Below, piece after piece: positions 8,361 through 17,831 of a DNA stretch of 42,011 nucleotides. Source of the DNA: an uncultured Bacteriovoracaceae bacterium (lineage in GTDB: Bacteria; Bdellovibrionota; Bacteriovoracia; Bacteriovoracales; Bacteriovoracaceae); contig CAXGUD010000033.1 of NCBI GenBank assembly GCA_964012805.1, forward strand, positions 1 to 42,011. The letters are read 5' to 3'. The translations under genes were made by a program, and so were the position numbers. Numbering within the stretch: position 1 is the stretch's first letter; each line of letters begins with the position of its first letter. The notes under the pieces are model-generated. The model searched no databases. It worked only from the letters and a program-made list of their open reading frames with translations, and was not told the origin of the DNA.

Positions 8361-11318
8361 ATGGTTCAAGCATTTATTAAAAAAGGGGTTTTTACTATTT
8401 GTTTAAACCTCCTCATTCTTTTAATAGGCTATTTTACAATACCTAAGCTCTCTAACGAATTTATTCCATTAGTTGAAGTTCCTGCAGTTGCTGTAGTGAT
8501 TCCCGCTCCCACCATGAGTGAAGAAAATATAAAATATAATATTGTTTATCCTCTTGAAAAAGCTCTTCTTCGAACTGGAGAGCTGAAATCAATTGAAGCG
8601 GACATCGAAGAAGGGAAAGCTGTTTTTAAGCTTTTTTATAAGTGGGACTTCCTACCAGAAGAGTGCCTAAGAAAAGCAAGACAAACTGTTGAAAACTTAT
8701 CTCTTCCTGACGGTGTACTGGACCCTATCTTTGTTTTGTATAAACCCAGTAATAACCCAATTCATAGAGTCGTCTTTTATGGTCTTAATATAGAATCACT
8801 CTCTTCACATGCCCTAAAGATAAAAAGTAAAGTTGAAAGAATACCTGGCATCTCAGAGGTCTTGATCGCAGGACAGTACCTTGGAAAAACCTATGTAAAT
8901 ATAAAAAATAAAAAGCTTTCTCAATACCAAGTTAGCTCTCAAAACATTATTGACGAGGCTTATAATACATGGAAACTTAGAAAGTTTTATAAAGGATTTC
9001 CCCTCAACCACACTCTTTCTTTGCCTATAAAAAAACCAGAAGACATGAAACTCCTCCCCATATTAAACTATAAAAATGATCACATATATTTGAAGTGGAT
9101 AGGAGACATCACCAAACCACCAGGAAAGCCCCAAGTTATTTATGGAAGGGAAAAACCCGCCGTTGTTTTAGAAATTATAAAATCGGCAGGTGCCGATACA
9201 ATTTCAATTATAAATAAGTCTAAAAAGATAATTGAAAATTATAAAAATCCATCTATCCAAACTGAAGAAATATATAACGAAGCAATTAAAATTAAGGAAA
9301 GTCAAAATGGAGTATTTACAAACTTCTTCATCGGAGTTGTTTTAAATTCTTTAATTCTTATGATATTTCTAGGCTCCACAATTGGGGTATTGGTTGCTTC
9401 TGTAGTTTTCCCGACGGCACTTCTCGGTACATTTTTTACAATGGATCAATTAAGCATTTCAATAAACCTTTTTAGCCTGAATGGCTTTTCTTTAGCTGTT
9501 GGAATGATAACTGATGCCTCCACAGTTGTTTTAGAGTCTATAACTCAAAGAATAAATAGAAAAGAGCCTCTGTTTATGGCGTGCTTGAAAGGGGTTAAGG
9601 ATGTCAGTCTAGGGGTTTTGGCTTCTACTCTAACAACAGCAGGAGTTTTGTTACCAATAGCCTTTCAAAAAAATGTCTCTAGCAAACTTTTTTCAGACCT
9701 TAGTCTTACTGTTGTTTCCACCCAGATTTTCTGCCTTATCGCCGTTTTTAGTCTGGTACCATGGCTTTGTTTCAAAATGTTAGGAAAAAACACCAAGGCT
9801 CCTTCTTTAATCTTTTACCTTTTTAAAAAATCGGACACTCTGGTAAAAAGTATGATCAATCTGGCAAAAACCACTCAAAGCTTTTGCCGAAAAAAAGTAT
9901 TCTTTCGCCTTGTTATTCCTGGTATAGTTATCTTCCTTAGTTTAGGTTCTGTTGTTTTTTTACCAGATATGGAGTTTCTACCGCAGGTATCATCCCGAGT
10001 TTATTCATTAAAATATCCAATTAATTCATCTCGACAAAGCGTGGAAGGAATTGAAAAAAGAGATTTGATGGCCAGTACATTAAAAGACTGGAAAGAAGTC
10101 GTTTGGTCGGTTTCATCGTTTAGCAAAAACACAGTAGATATACTCTTTTCACTAAAAACCTCCAAATCTATTGAACAAATTAAAGATAAATTTAAAGGAA
10201 AAAACTTAATTTTTGAGAAAATAAATATATTGCCAGTCGGACCAGCTCCATCCGGAGAAGCCTATGGATATGATGGTCTCTACTTTATAAGCCAAAACTT
10301 ACCAGATGATAAGATTTCTAAACTCATCCAAAGTTTTTGCAATAGTAAAACCGTCAGTACTTGCTTAGGGCCTGAGTTTACCAAAAGTTATAACTTTCAT
10401 CTAAGCCCTGATCATTTAACAACCTACAGAATGGGCATATCAACATATCATGGTCTCAGCCAATTTTTTATTCCCTTACAGGAAATTGACTTATCATCAA
10501 TAGCCGACTTTGAATTTAAAAACCCATCAATTATGAAGATATCCTTTGAAAATTCTTTATTAGACTTACCAATTATCAACTCTAAAGGCGAACGAAACGT
10601 TATAGGAGATCTCTATAACCATAAAGTTGAGAAGTATGACACCATATTAAAAAGAAAGAACGGGGATGACTTCTTTCCACTATTTTTTAAACTCAAAGGA
10701 TCAACAATTGGATTAGCCGATAGTAGCATGAATTCAATTAGGCAAGGATTAGGCATAAAAGAGAAGAAAATTATTGGTATGGGAACTCTTGAAACAATGA
10801 ATGAAAGCTTTGGAGGACTCATAACGGCCCTTACAATTTCGGCATTTATTGTTTTTATAATACTGGTAATACAATTTAATTCTATCAGGCAAGCTTCCGT
10901 CATTATGGGTACAATCCCACTTACTCTTGGTGGTGCTATTGGTGGACTCATTGTAATGGGTGAAACAGTAAATGCAAGCGTTTTAGTTGGATTCATTCTT
11001 CTTATTGGAATAGTCGTCAATAATGGGATCTTTTTAGTCGAGGCAACCAACCAAAAGCTTTTTTCTGGAGGCAGTAAGGTCGATGCCATCGATTGGGCAG
11101 TATCGAGTAGAACAAGACCTATTTTAATGACCTCATTTTCAACAATCTTGGGAATGTTGCCTACTTTAATTATTGGTGGAGAAGGCTCAGAATTATATAG
11201 AGGTATGGCCATTGTAAATGTTTTTGGGATGATAACAGGAACATTTCTTTCCATCGTTGTCACGCCTATTTTTATAGAATATTTAGGTTTACCGAAGAAC
11301 ATTAGTAAGGGACGATAA
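8361..11318 (+). CDS. RND efflux transporter permease (AcrB/AcrD/AcrF family)
   Basis: 985 aa with two large periplasmic loops; TM4 AVGMITDASTVVLESI, TM10 GIVVNNGIFLVE, TM11 RTRPILMTS. Confidence 0.93.
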   Translation: MVQAFIKKGVFTICLNLLILLIGYFTIPKLSNEFIPLVEVPAVAVVIPAPTMSEENIKYNIVYPLEKALLRTGELKSIEADIEEGKAVFKLFYKWDFLPEECLRKARQTVENLSLPDGVLDPIFVLYKPSNNPIHRVVFYGLNIESLSSHALKIKSKVERIPGISEVLIAGQYLGKTYVNIKNKKLSQYQVSSQNIIDEAYNTWKLRKFYKGFPLNHTLSLPIKKPEDMKLLPILNYKNDHIYLKWIGDITKPPGKPQVIYGREKPAVVLEIIKSAGADTISIINKSKKIIENYKNPSIQTEEIYNEAIKIKESQNGVFTNFFIGVVLNSLILMIFLGSTIGVLVASVVFPTALLGTFFTMDQLSISINLFSLNGFSLAVGMITDASTVVLESITQRINRKEPLFMACLKGVKDVSLGVLASTLTTAGVLLPIAFQKNVSSKLFSDLSLTVVSTQIFCLIAVFSLVPWLCFKMLGKNTKAPSLIFYLFKKSDTLVKSMINLAKTTQSFCRKKVFFRLVIPGIVIFLSLGSVVFLPDMEFLPQVSSRVYSLKYPINSSRQSVEGIEKRDLMASTLKDWKEVVWSVSSFSKNTVDILFSLKTSKSIEQIKDKFKGKNLIFEKINILPVGPAPSGEAYGYDGLYFISQNLPDDKISKLIQSFCNSKTVSTCLGPEFTKSYNFHLSPDHLTTYRMGISTYHGLSQFFIPLQEIDLSSIADFEFKNPSIMKISFENSLLDLPIINSKGERNVIGDLYNHKVEKYDTILKRKNGDDFFPLFFKLKGSTIGLADSSMNSIRQGLGIKEKKIIGMGTLETMNESFGGLITALTISAFIVFIILVIQFNSIRQASVIMGTIPLTLGGAIGGLIVMGETVNASVLVGFILLIGIVVNNGIFLVEATNQKLFSGGSKVDAIDWAVSSRTRPILMTSFSTILGMLPTLIIGGEGSELYRGMAIVNVFGMITGTFLSIVVTPIFIEYLGLPKNISKGR

Positions 11319-11320
11319 AT

Positions 11321-11611
11321 ATGAAAGCCGTCATGCTGCTATTTGACTCCGAACTCGTCGAAGAGGCACTCTTAATGATAAGGGTGTCCAACATCCAGAA
11401 CTATACACACTTTACAGGACTTCATGGATCCTCTAAGGCCGGTAAAAAAGAAGGTTCTGCTGCTTGGCCAGGAACCAATGAAATTATTATGATTCTTTTA
11501 GATGATATTAGTCTTAAAAAGTTAAAAAAAGTTATTGGTGATTTTAAAATAAAGCACCCAGGAAGACCTCTTCTCTTTTTCAATTGGCCTTTGAGTGAGG
11601 TAGTTATCTAG
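11321..11611 (+). CDS. PII-like transporter-associated small protein (resembles the PG0541 family)
   Basis: MKAVMLLF...IQNYTHFTGLHG....GKKEGSAAWPGTNEII matches the PII-like pattern seen next to RND genes; 96 aa. Confidence 0.7.
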   Translation: MKAVMLLFDSELVEEALLMIRVSNIQNYTHFTGLHGSSKAGKKEGSAAWPGTNEIIMILLDDISLKKLKKVIGDFKIKHPGRPLLFFNWPLSEVVI

Positions 11612-14275
11612 ATGTTAAAGTTTCTTCAAAAAGTTGCAGAATATAGAAGGATTGTTTTAGTTTTTCTTTTTGTGCCCATAGTTGCTGTTTTTTTAAACTT
11701 TTCAAAGGGTCTTAGTTTTTTTCCTGAAGATAGTTTTATAAGATTTAAAATAGAGTTTTATGTTCCCAGTAAGATAAGCTCTGAAATCGAAAGAAAAGTA
11801 ACGACTACCGCCGAAAAAACTTTCAACGGCTTATCTAACTTAATTTCAATTGAATCCTTAACAAGACATGAAAGATCCGAAATAAACCTTATATTTGATA
11901 GGCTAAATGATCCAAACAAAATTCTTCTTTTTATTCAGGAGAAACTTGATCGATTAAAAATAACACTACCTGGAGATGTCAAACAGATTAAAGTCACCCA
12001 CTTAAAGCCACTTCCTCCACCAGATTTTAAAATAAATACAAATACTGGTTTTGATTTAACAAAATTCCAAAATTATATAAAAAATTTAGGTGCATCTATA
12101 AAAAGAATTGAACCAGAATTAGATGAAGACATTAATTGGAAAATACAACTTAATCCAAAAAAGCTTTTAAGCTACAACATTTCTATAAATCAGATATGGC
12201 ACTCTTTAAAAATAAATGGCTTCGCCTCCCGCTTAGGTTCAAAAGATGACTTAAGTTATTTTGTTGAATCAAACTTCCGCTCTCTTCTTCAATTAAAATC
12301 CACCATTATCGGTTCAAAATCCAATACTCCTATCAAACTTGTTGATATTGCAAGCATTAAACTTATCCCCCCTTCCGCACCTAGAATCATAAAGATATGG
12401 TTTAACAATGAAAGCACTAGTCTTAATAAAGTTAGTAATGAAATAAAAAAGTTATTCCCGTACGTTAAAGTTGAAAGATCGAGAACAAAGCTGTGGATCT
12501 CATTACTAAAAAAGCCCTTACTCTTTTTTAGTATTTTTACAATAATTTCTTTTCTTGTATTTTATTTTGTTTTCAAGGACATTAAAGCAGCAGGAAGTTC
12601 TCTTATTTTTAATTTTGGATTTTTTATTCATTACCTCTTCTGGTGCTTTATATTTAAAAATGGCATTACAATACTTGATTTTTATTCACTAATTTTAGGT
12701 CTTATTTTTGGCTCTTTCTTATGGCTGGTGCTTCTTAGTAAAATTAGGAATTCCTTTTATCACAAAAATAAAACTGGATTAAAAATAACCGTTCAGCAAT
12801 CAATACTTTTTGCTCTTTCAGAACTTATACCAACTTTTTTGATTTTATTTACTTTATTTTATCTATTTTCGCTCCCAACACTTTCTAATACCATCAGTCT
12901 ACCCTCTTCAAAAATTTTAAATCATTTTTTTTCAATTGCGATTCCAATCATATTCTATTTTTTAACTATTTTATCAGTTTTCAGTCCTTTAAATTGGGCA
13001 ACGAAACAAGGCCCCGAAAAAAAGCCCACCAGGCTCTTTTCAAGAAATGTATTTATTCCTCCACTCATTGTTCTTTTTATTCCAATTAGTATTTATTTTT
13101 GGCCTTTAAAGCCTTTAGGTATGAAGGACTTTAAAAGTGAAGAGAAGGTTTTTATTTCAAACCTTTCCCTATACAGAGGTCACCAAAATGCTCTTACATA
13201 TCAAAGCAAGCCTTCAGACACACCAAAAAATTACAAGTTAGTTCCTGAAAAGTTTTTGGAAAAAGAATGGGTAAATCAATGGGAAGTTACACCTAATGGA
13301 CTTCGGTCACTTCCAAATTTAGACATTTCTAGTTTTAAATTGGCGATGGAGGATATCCAACAGGAAAAAAGACTCTCCTTTTTTAACTATATAGATGATC
13401 AAATTGAAACATCAATTCCTATAAAACTTAATCAATTAATATTAGATGAAAGAAATTTTTCTCACCTTCTTATTGGCAGCAGGACCCCTGGAGAAAAGCC
13501 AAGTCACCTGGGGCATATTGCAAAGAAAACTATTGTTACAGTCCCAAAACTTATATTTCATGAGCAAATTAATCGAGTTAATCAATTTTACTTTAAGGAT
13601 TTAAATAAAAACCAATCTAACTTTTTAGAGACCCCAAAAAATGATGAAACGTTTAAAGAAACATCCCTCACTAGGTTCTGGAGAAAACACCATAAAAACT
13701 TCATCAAAGACCACCTAACTTCATTTATATTCATCTTTACATTTCTTTCACTTTATATGAATTCGTTCTATAGAGGATGGATTATAACAGCTATTTGTTT
13801 GGCACAATCTGGGTTATCAAGTGGAATACTTTATTTACTAAATGATGTTATACCACTTGATACGATGTGGCTTGATAATCTGCCGCAATGGCTTTCAGTG
13901 GCCGTCATTTTGCTTCTCACTAGGCCTATGGACTTAGAAAGAGTTAGAGGACTAGATATTGAAGTTGCCCTAAAGAAGCTTAAAAACTTCTACGCTCGCG
14001 CTATTTTAGCCGCATTATTTCTCTTTTCTTCAGGCCCCATTATTCTAGGCCTTCTATCCTCTTTTAATAACGATCTTATTCCACTATCCAGCCTATTTAC
14101 CCAGTCATCTCTTTTTATTGGAGCCCTAACACTTATTTTAGGCCTTATAAGCTACCGCTTTCTTTTTTTCAGTTTTTACATAAGTAGCGAGAAATCTATT
14201 GATAAAATGAGCCTTTTCCTTTTAAAAACCTTTTATAAAATAAAAAATAGTCGGAAAAATAAGGCAAAAGCCTAA
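11612..14275 (+). CDS. Highly diverged RND-like membrane protein (second subunit)
   Basis: PN1-like SEIERKVTTTAEKTFNGLSNLISIES...SEINLIF, KITLPGDV, IQLNPKKLLSYNISINQI, PIKLVDIASI; 1+5/1+5-type hydrophobic layout; proton-relay motifs missing. Confidence 0.72.
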   Translation: MLKFLQKVAEYRRIVLVFLFVPIVAVFLNFSKGLSFFPEDSFIRFKIEFYVPSKISSEIERKVTTTAEKTFNGLSNLISIESLTRHERSEINLIFDRLNDPNKILLFIQEKLDRLKITLPGDVKQIKVTHLKPLPPPDFKINTNTGFDLTKFQNYIKNLGASIKRIEPELDEDINWKIQLNPKKLLSYNISINQIWHSLKINGFASRLGSKDDLSYFVESNFRSLLQLKSTIIGSKSNTPIKLVDIASIKLIPPSAPRIIKIWFNNESTSLNKVSNEIKKLFPYVKVERSRTKLWISLLKKPLLFFSIFTIISFLVFYFVFKDIKAAGSSLIFNFGFFIHYLFWCFIFKNGITILDFYSLILGLIFGSFLWLVLLSKIRNSFYHKNKTGLKITVQQSILFALSELIPTFLILFTLFYLFSLPTLSNTISLPSSKILNHFFSIAIPIIFYFLTILSVFSPLNWATKQGPEKKPTRLFSRNVFIPPLIVLFIPISIYFWPLKPLGMKDFKSEEKVFISNLSLYRGHQNALTYQSKPSDTPKNYKLVPEKFLEKEWVNQWEVTPNGLRSLPNLDISSFKLAMEDIQQEKRLSFFNYIDDQIETSIPIKLNQLILDERNFSHLLIGSRTPGEKPSHLGHIAKKTIVTVPKLIFHEQINRVNQFYFKDLNKNQSNFLETPKNDETFKETSLTRFWRKHHKNFIKDHLTSFIFIFTFLSLYMNSFYRGWIITAICLAQSGLSSGILYLLNDVIPLDTMWLDNLPQWLSVAVILLLTRPMDLERVRGLDIEVALKKLKNFYARAILAALFLFSSGPIILGLLSSFNNDLIPLSSLFTQSSLFIGALTLILGLISYRFLFFSFYISSEKSIDKMSLFLLKTFYKIKNSRKNKAKA

Positions 14276-15261
14276 ATTGATTCTTGCTTTTTACTATTAT
14301 TACTCTTTTTACTATTTGATAAAAAAGCCAAAACCTCTCGGATTGTTTTATTGTCCCTTAAAACTTTGTTATGGCCTAGACCGTGTGAAATTTTCAAAAG
14401 GCTTTTTGGTATCACTTTGCTTAACTTTTTGGAATTCTCAACTTTTGAAGCACGGTCATCTTCATCGTGAAAAATTAAAACGTGTCCCTTCACTTCCGGG
14501 CCAATAATACAAGGGTTAAAATCTTTGAAGCTTCTCTTATATTTTGATTCTAAACCGCTTATTGTTGCTTCAAAAAAATCCTCTCTGACTCCTTCTTGCT
14601 TTGCCCACTGCTTAAAATCGTCTTCAACATCAAAGTTGGGTGCAAAAAGTACAATCTTTTTTATTTTTAAAGAGTTTGCTAATGAAAGAGAAAAACAACA
14701 ACCAAATGAATGACCTACAAAAGCGTAAATTTCTCCAACCACATTCACCACGCTTTCCGCAGCCTCAAGAATTTCCAAAGCATTGGTCATAAACCCTGGC
14801 GACTGCCCATGAGAAGGAGCATCAAAGGCCACAACTGAAAAACCTTTCTTCAAGAGGCTTGGTATAAATTGACAGAATTGAGTACCACGACCTGCCCAAC
14901 CATGTGTAAAAAAGATACAAGGTCCCTTGCCCCACTTCATACCAATCACTTCTTTTTGAGACTTAGGAAGAATCACTTTGAAAGTTTGGGCCCTTTTTTG
15001 CCAATAAACTTCAGCCTCAGCAGGTCTATAATGCTTTGGCCTAAAAAAAATTTTCTCAGCAACCTCCTCCACTTGAGTGGGGAAATAATCCCAGGTTCGA
15101 TTTAACGTATTAACAACAGCTTTTTTTCCAAAAGTTTGGATCTCATTGGGCATCAAGCCTAGAAGGTCATTTTTAATGAATTTTATTTTGGCTTTGGCCT
15201 CTGCTATCTTTGATTCCATAAAAAACCCATATATTTTAATTATACATTCCATCAAGCTCAA
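14272..15261 (-). CDS. Alpha/beta fold hydrolase
   Basis: HGWAG oxyanion motif, FDAPSHG, GHSFG nucleophile, HDEDD, GLGH; true start may be 15252 or 15219. Confidence 0.9.
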   Translation of the reverse strand: MSLMECIIKIYGFFMESKIAEAKAKIKFIKNDLLGLMPNEIQTFGKKAVVNTLNRTWDYFPTQVEEVAEKIFFRPKHYRPAEAEVYWQKRAQTFKVILPKSQKEVIGMKWGKGPCIFFTHGWAGRGTQFCQFIPSLLKKGFSVVAFDAPSHGQSPGFMTNALEILEAAESVVNVVGEIYAFVGHSFGCCFSLSLANSLKIKKIVLFAPNFDVEDDFKQWAKQEGVREDFFEATISGLESKYKRSFKDFNPCIIGPEVKGHVLIFHDEDDRASKVENSKKLSKVIPKSLLKISHGLGHNKVLRDNKTIREVLAFLSNSKKSNNSKKQESI

Positions 15262-15263
15262 AC

Positions 15264-15851
15264 CTAGCTGCTTCTAACAACAAGATCGCTGAAGGATTTC
15301 CTTAACTTTAATTTTGCTTTTTCCTGGTTCATAAGCCGAGCAAAAATATGAAACCCGATCATATAAGAATAGAGTTCATAGACAAACTGGTCAGGACTCA
15401 AATTTTTATGAAATTGCTTTTCATCAATAGCAATAGAAACAGCTTTTTTAAAGCCCTCAAGCATTTCCTTTTGCAAAGACTTTAAATGGTCTCTTAAAGA
15501 ACCCGGGCGGTCGTCAAACTCAATAATCGCAGTTATGATAGGACACCCACCCTGATGCTTATCAGTAGACCAGGTAATCCAATTCTCTACAATGGCCTCA
15601 AGTCTTGGCACTCCCCTTGGTTTTTTTGTCGCCGGCTTAATTACCGTCTGAACAAAGTTCAAAGACGCAAGATCTAGGACCATTTTTTGAAGTGACTCTT
15701 TCGATTTAAAGTGACCAAAAAGCCCACTTTTACTCATTCCTACCACCTTCGCCAACTCACCGATACTTAAATTTACTAATCCCCACCTTGAGCTAAGGTC
15801 TAATGCTACCTCTAATATTTTTTCTTTCGTTTCGGATATAGCTTTTGTCAT
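15264..15851 (-). CDS. TetR/AcrR family transcriptional regulator
   Basis: HTH LSIGELAKVVGMSKSGLFGHFKSKE; C-terminal GGCP...EFDDRPG. Confidence 0.95.
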   Translation of the reverse strand: MTKAISETKEKILEVALDLSSRWGLVNLSIGELAKVVGMSKSGLFGHFKSKESLQKMVLDLASLNFVQTVIKPATKKPRGVPRLEAIVENWITWSTDKHQGGCPIITAIIEFDDRPGSLRDHLKSLQKEMLEGFKKAVSIAIDEKQFHKNLSPDQFVYELYSYMIGFHIFARLMNQEKAKLKLRKSFSDLVVRSS

Positions 15852-15857
15852 AGCCCT

Positions 15858-15866
15858 ATTGTAACA
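15858..15866 (-). promoter_or_regulatory. Extended -10 promoter of the tetR-hydrolase operon, probably leaderless
   Basis: Minus strand reads TGT-TACAAT-AGGGCT-ATG. Confidence 0.55.
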
Positions 15867-15872
15867 CGACTC

Positions 15873-15890
15873 AGCACGACCGTTCGTATT
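15873..15890. promoter_or_regulatory. Probable TetR operator
   Basis: Imperfect palindrome agcACGAcCGtTCGTatt, 22 nt upstream of the tetR start and overlapping the -35 region. Confidence 0.6.
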
Positions 15891-15968
15891 TCTTAGTGAG
15901 TATATATTATTAGGTACTTAGCCAAATTTAAGGGGATTAAATTTAAAAAAAAAATTTCAAAAGAAGGG

Positions 15969-15997
15969 TTTCAAACCAGGTTTAAACATCTGTTTAG
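15969..15997. promoter_or_regulatory. Tandem inverted repeats, probable operator of the second TetR
   Basis: tttcAAAC-cag-GTTTaaa overlapping tAAACA-tc-TGTTTa, upstream of 16112. Confidence 0.45.
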
Positions 15998-16111
15998 AAT
16001 CTGTCTAATTTCGCTTGCTTTACTCGAGAAAAGACTAATTTTAAAATTCATGTATGGTCTTGTAATTTGACCTCCCGAAAAAACCTCCGCAAGCTTTAAT
16101 AAGGTAAAAAA

Positions 16112-16726
16112 ATGTCTGATGCTAATAAAACCAAAGAAAAGATACTTGTTGTTACAGAGGAGCTCATCCTTAATAATGGAATTGAAAAAGTCTCCATTAG
16201 AAATATTGCCAAACAAGCTTCAGTCAATATTGCCTCTATTAACTATTACTTTTCAAGTAAAAGAGACCTTCTAACTGAAATTCTTAAACGAAAGCTTGAA
16301 ACTCTAAAAGAAGACCTTCTAAGCTCTCTTATTCACTCTAGAAAGTTTGAAACTTCCGAACCTATAGACTTTGTTTCTCTCATTTTTGATGCCTTTTTTA
16401 AGGAAAAAGATACATATTTTGGTCATTACAAAATCATTTTAGACCCCGATGTTCAAAACTCTCAAAACCTTGAAGAGTGTGAAAAAGAACTTTATTTCCC
16501 GATAGGACAAGAGCTGCTTTTAAAAAACCTAAACCATTTTTTTCCAAACGCACAACCATCTGAAATAAAAAGAGTTTCCTTCCATATTTGGGGTATTATC
16601 CACCATTCGCTTTTCCTTATGTCTCAGCCTCTCTACCAAACCAATGGAAATTCAGATGATTTTTCATTAGAGTTTGTGAAAACTTCACTAAGAAAGACCT
16701 CAATGGCCATAATTAAAGAACTTTAG
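16112..16726 (+). CDS. TetR/AcrR family transcriptional regulator
   Basis: HTH VSIRNIAKQASVNIASINYYFSSKRDL. Confidence 0.95.
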   Translation: MSDANKTKEKILVVTEELILNNGIEKVSIRNIAKQASVNIASINYYFSSKRDLLTEILKRKLETLKEDLLSSLIHSRKFETSEPIDFVSLIFDAFFKEKDTYFGHYKIILDPDVQNSQNLEECEKELYFPIGQELLLKNLNHFFPNAQPSEIKRVSFHIWGIIHHSLFLMSQPLYQTNGNSDDFSLEFVKTSLRKTSMAIIKEL

Positions 16727-16829
16727 TTTTTTGAAATCTCTTAAAAAATAACCTTTTTTTGACTCACTTTATTTAAAAAAGTTATTTGAATATAATGAGG
16801 GGATGCGACTCAATAAAAAGGTATAAAAA

Positions 16830-17831
16830 GTGGAATCAAACTTAATTAAACTCTTAAAAAAATATGGATGTTTAATTACATTTATCCTGATTTCAATACC
16901 ACATTCATTTGGACAAAAATCGACAGGTAAAAATCTTTCTAAACTCTATAGGGCCCAAAAAGTTATTTTAGGAAACAAAAAGATTCCAGCTTTTTTCTTC
17001 AAAAGCATAAAACCCTTTAAAATCATCCTTATTCCAGGAGTTCTCTCGGAGTCTTTTTTCAAAGAAGCAGACCAAAAACTCAAAATCAACTTTATAACAG
17101 GAAATATTTTTGAAGATCACGAAGAGTTTTTAAATAAATATAAAATCGATTATCAAAAACTCCTTTTGGAATCCGAGAATACACCCTTAAAAAATAGCTT
17201 TAATATAGAAAAGGCGATTCTTGCGTCAAAGAAAAAAGTCCTTCTATTTTCTCACAGCAAGGGAGGACTTGATACTTGGGAAGCAATAAAAAGAAACCCT
17301 TCGCTCCTTTCAAAAATTAAAGGGTGGGCAACAGTCCAAACTCCTTTTAGAGGAAGTGCGGTAGCAGAATTCTTCGATAGCTATAAACCAACCCAAAATT
17401 TATCAAAATGGCTCTTCCAATTTCTTGGAGGAGATTTAGGGGGATTTCAAAGCTTAAGTATCAACATACGAGAGCCCTATATGAATAAGGCCGAAAACAA
17501 AATCCTGACGGAAAAGATTAACAGGAGAATAAAGTTTATTAACTTTGCATCCATTAGACCAGACACAAGAGGTTGGGACTCTCCCCTAGAGCTTTTCAGA
17601 GATTATGCGGACTTCAAAAAAGGAGAAAATGACGGTGTGGTTCACATAAAAAGTGCTCTTTTGCCAGGTGTTGATTATATCATTGAAAAAAATGTCGATC
17701 ACCTTCTCACAGTCGTGAATTGCAATAAAATTAAAAAGGTTTCTTTTAAAAGGAAAGTTTCTCTAAAGAATAGATGGCCTTATGATAGAGTCAGTCACTT
17801 TAAGTCCATCCTTTTTCTATTATCAAATTAA
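16830..17831 (+). CDS. Secreted lipase/esterase-like alpha/beta hydrolase
   Basis: Signal-like N-terminus, LIPG oxyanion motif, SHSKGG nucleophile elbow, QTPFRGS, NDGVV, VDH. Confidence 0.82.
   Translation: MESNLIKLLKKYGCLITFILISIPHSFGQKSTGKNLSKLYRAQKVILGNKKIPAFFFKSIKPFKIILIPGVLSESFFKEADQKLKINFITGNIFEDHEEFLNKYKIDYQKLLLESENTPLKNSFNIEKAILASKKKVLLFSHSKGGLDTWEAIKRNPSLLSKIKGWATVQTPFRGSAVAEFFDSYKPTQNLSKWLFQFLGGDLGGFQSLSINIREPYMNKAENKILTEKINRRIKFINFASIRPDTRGWDSPLELFRDYADFKKGENDGVVHIKSALLPGVDYIIEKNVDHLLTVVNCNKIKKVSFKRKVSLKNRWPYDRVSHFKSILFLLSN

Noticed and set aside
10613..11302. 229-aa antisense ORF inside the RND gene
   Set aside because: Shadow frame of a hydrophobic TM-coding region; no motif
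15971..16216. 81-aa minus-strand ORF
   Set aside because: Overlaps the tetR start and its operator region; no motif
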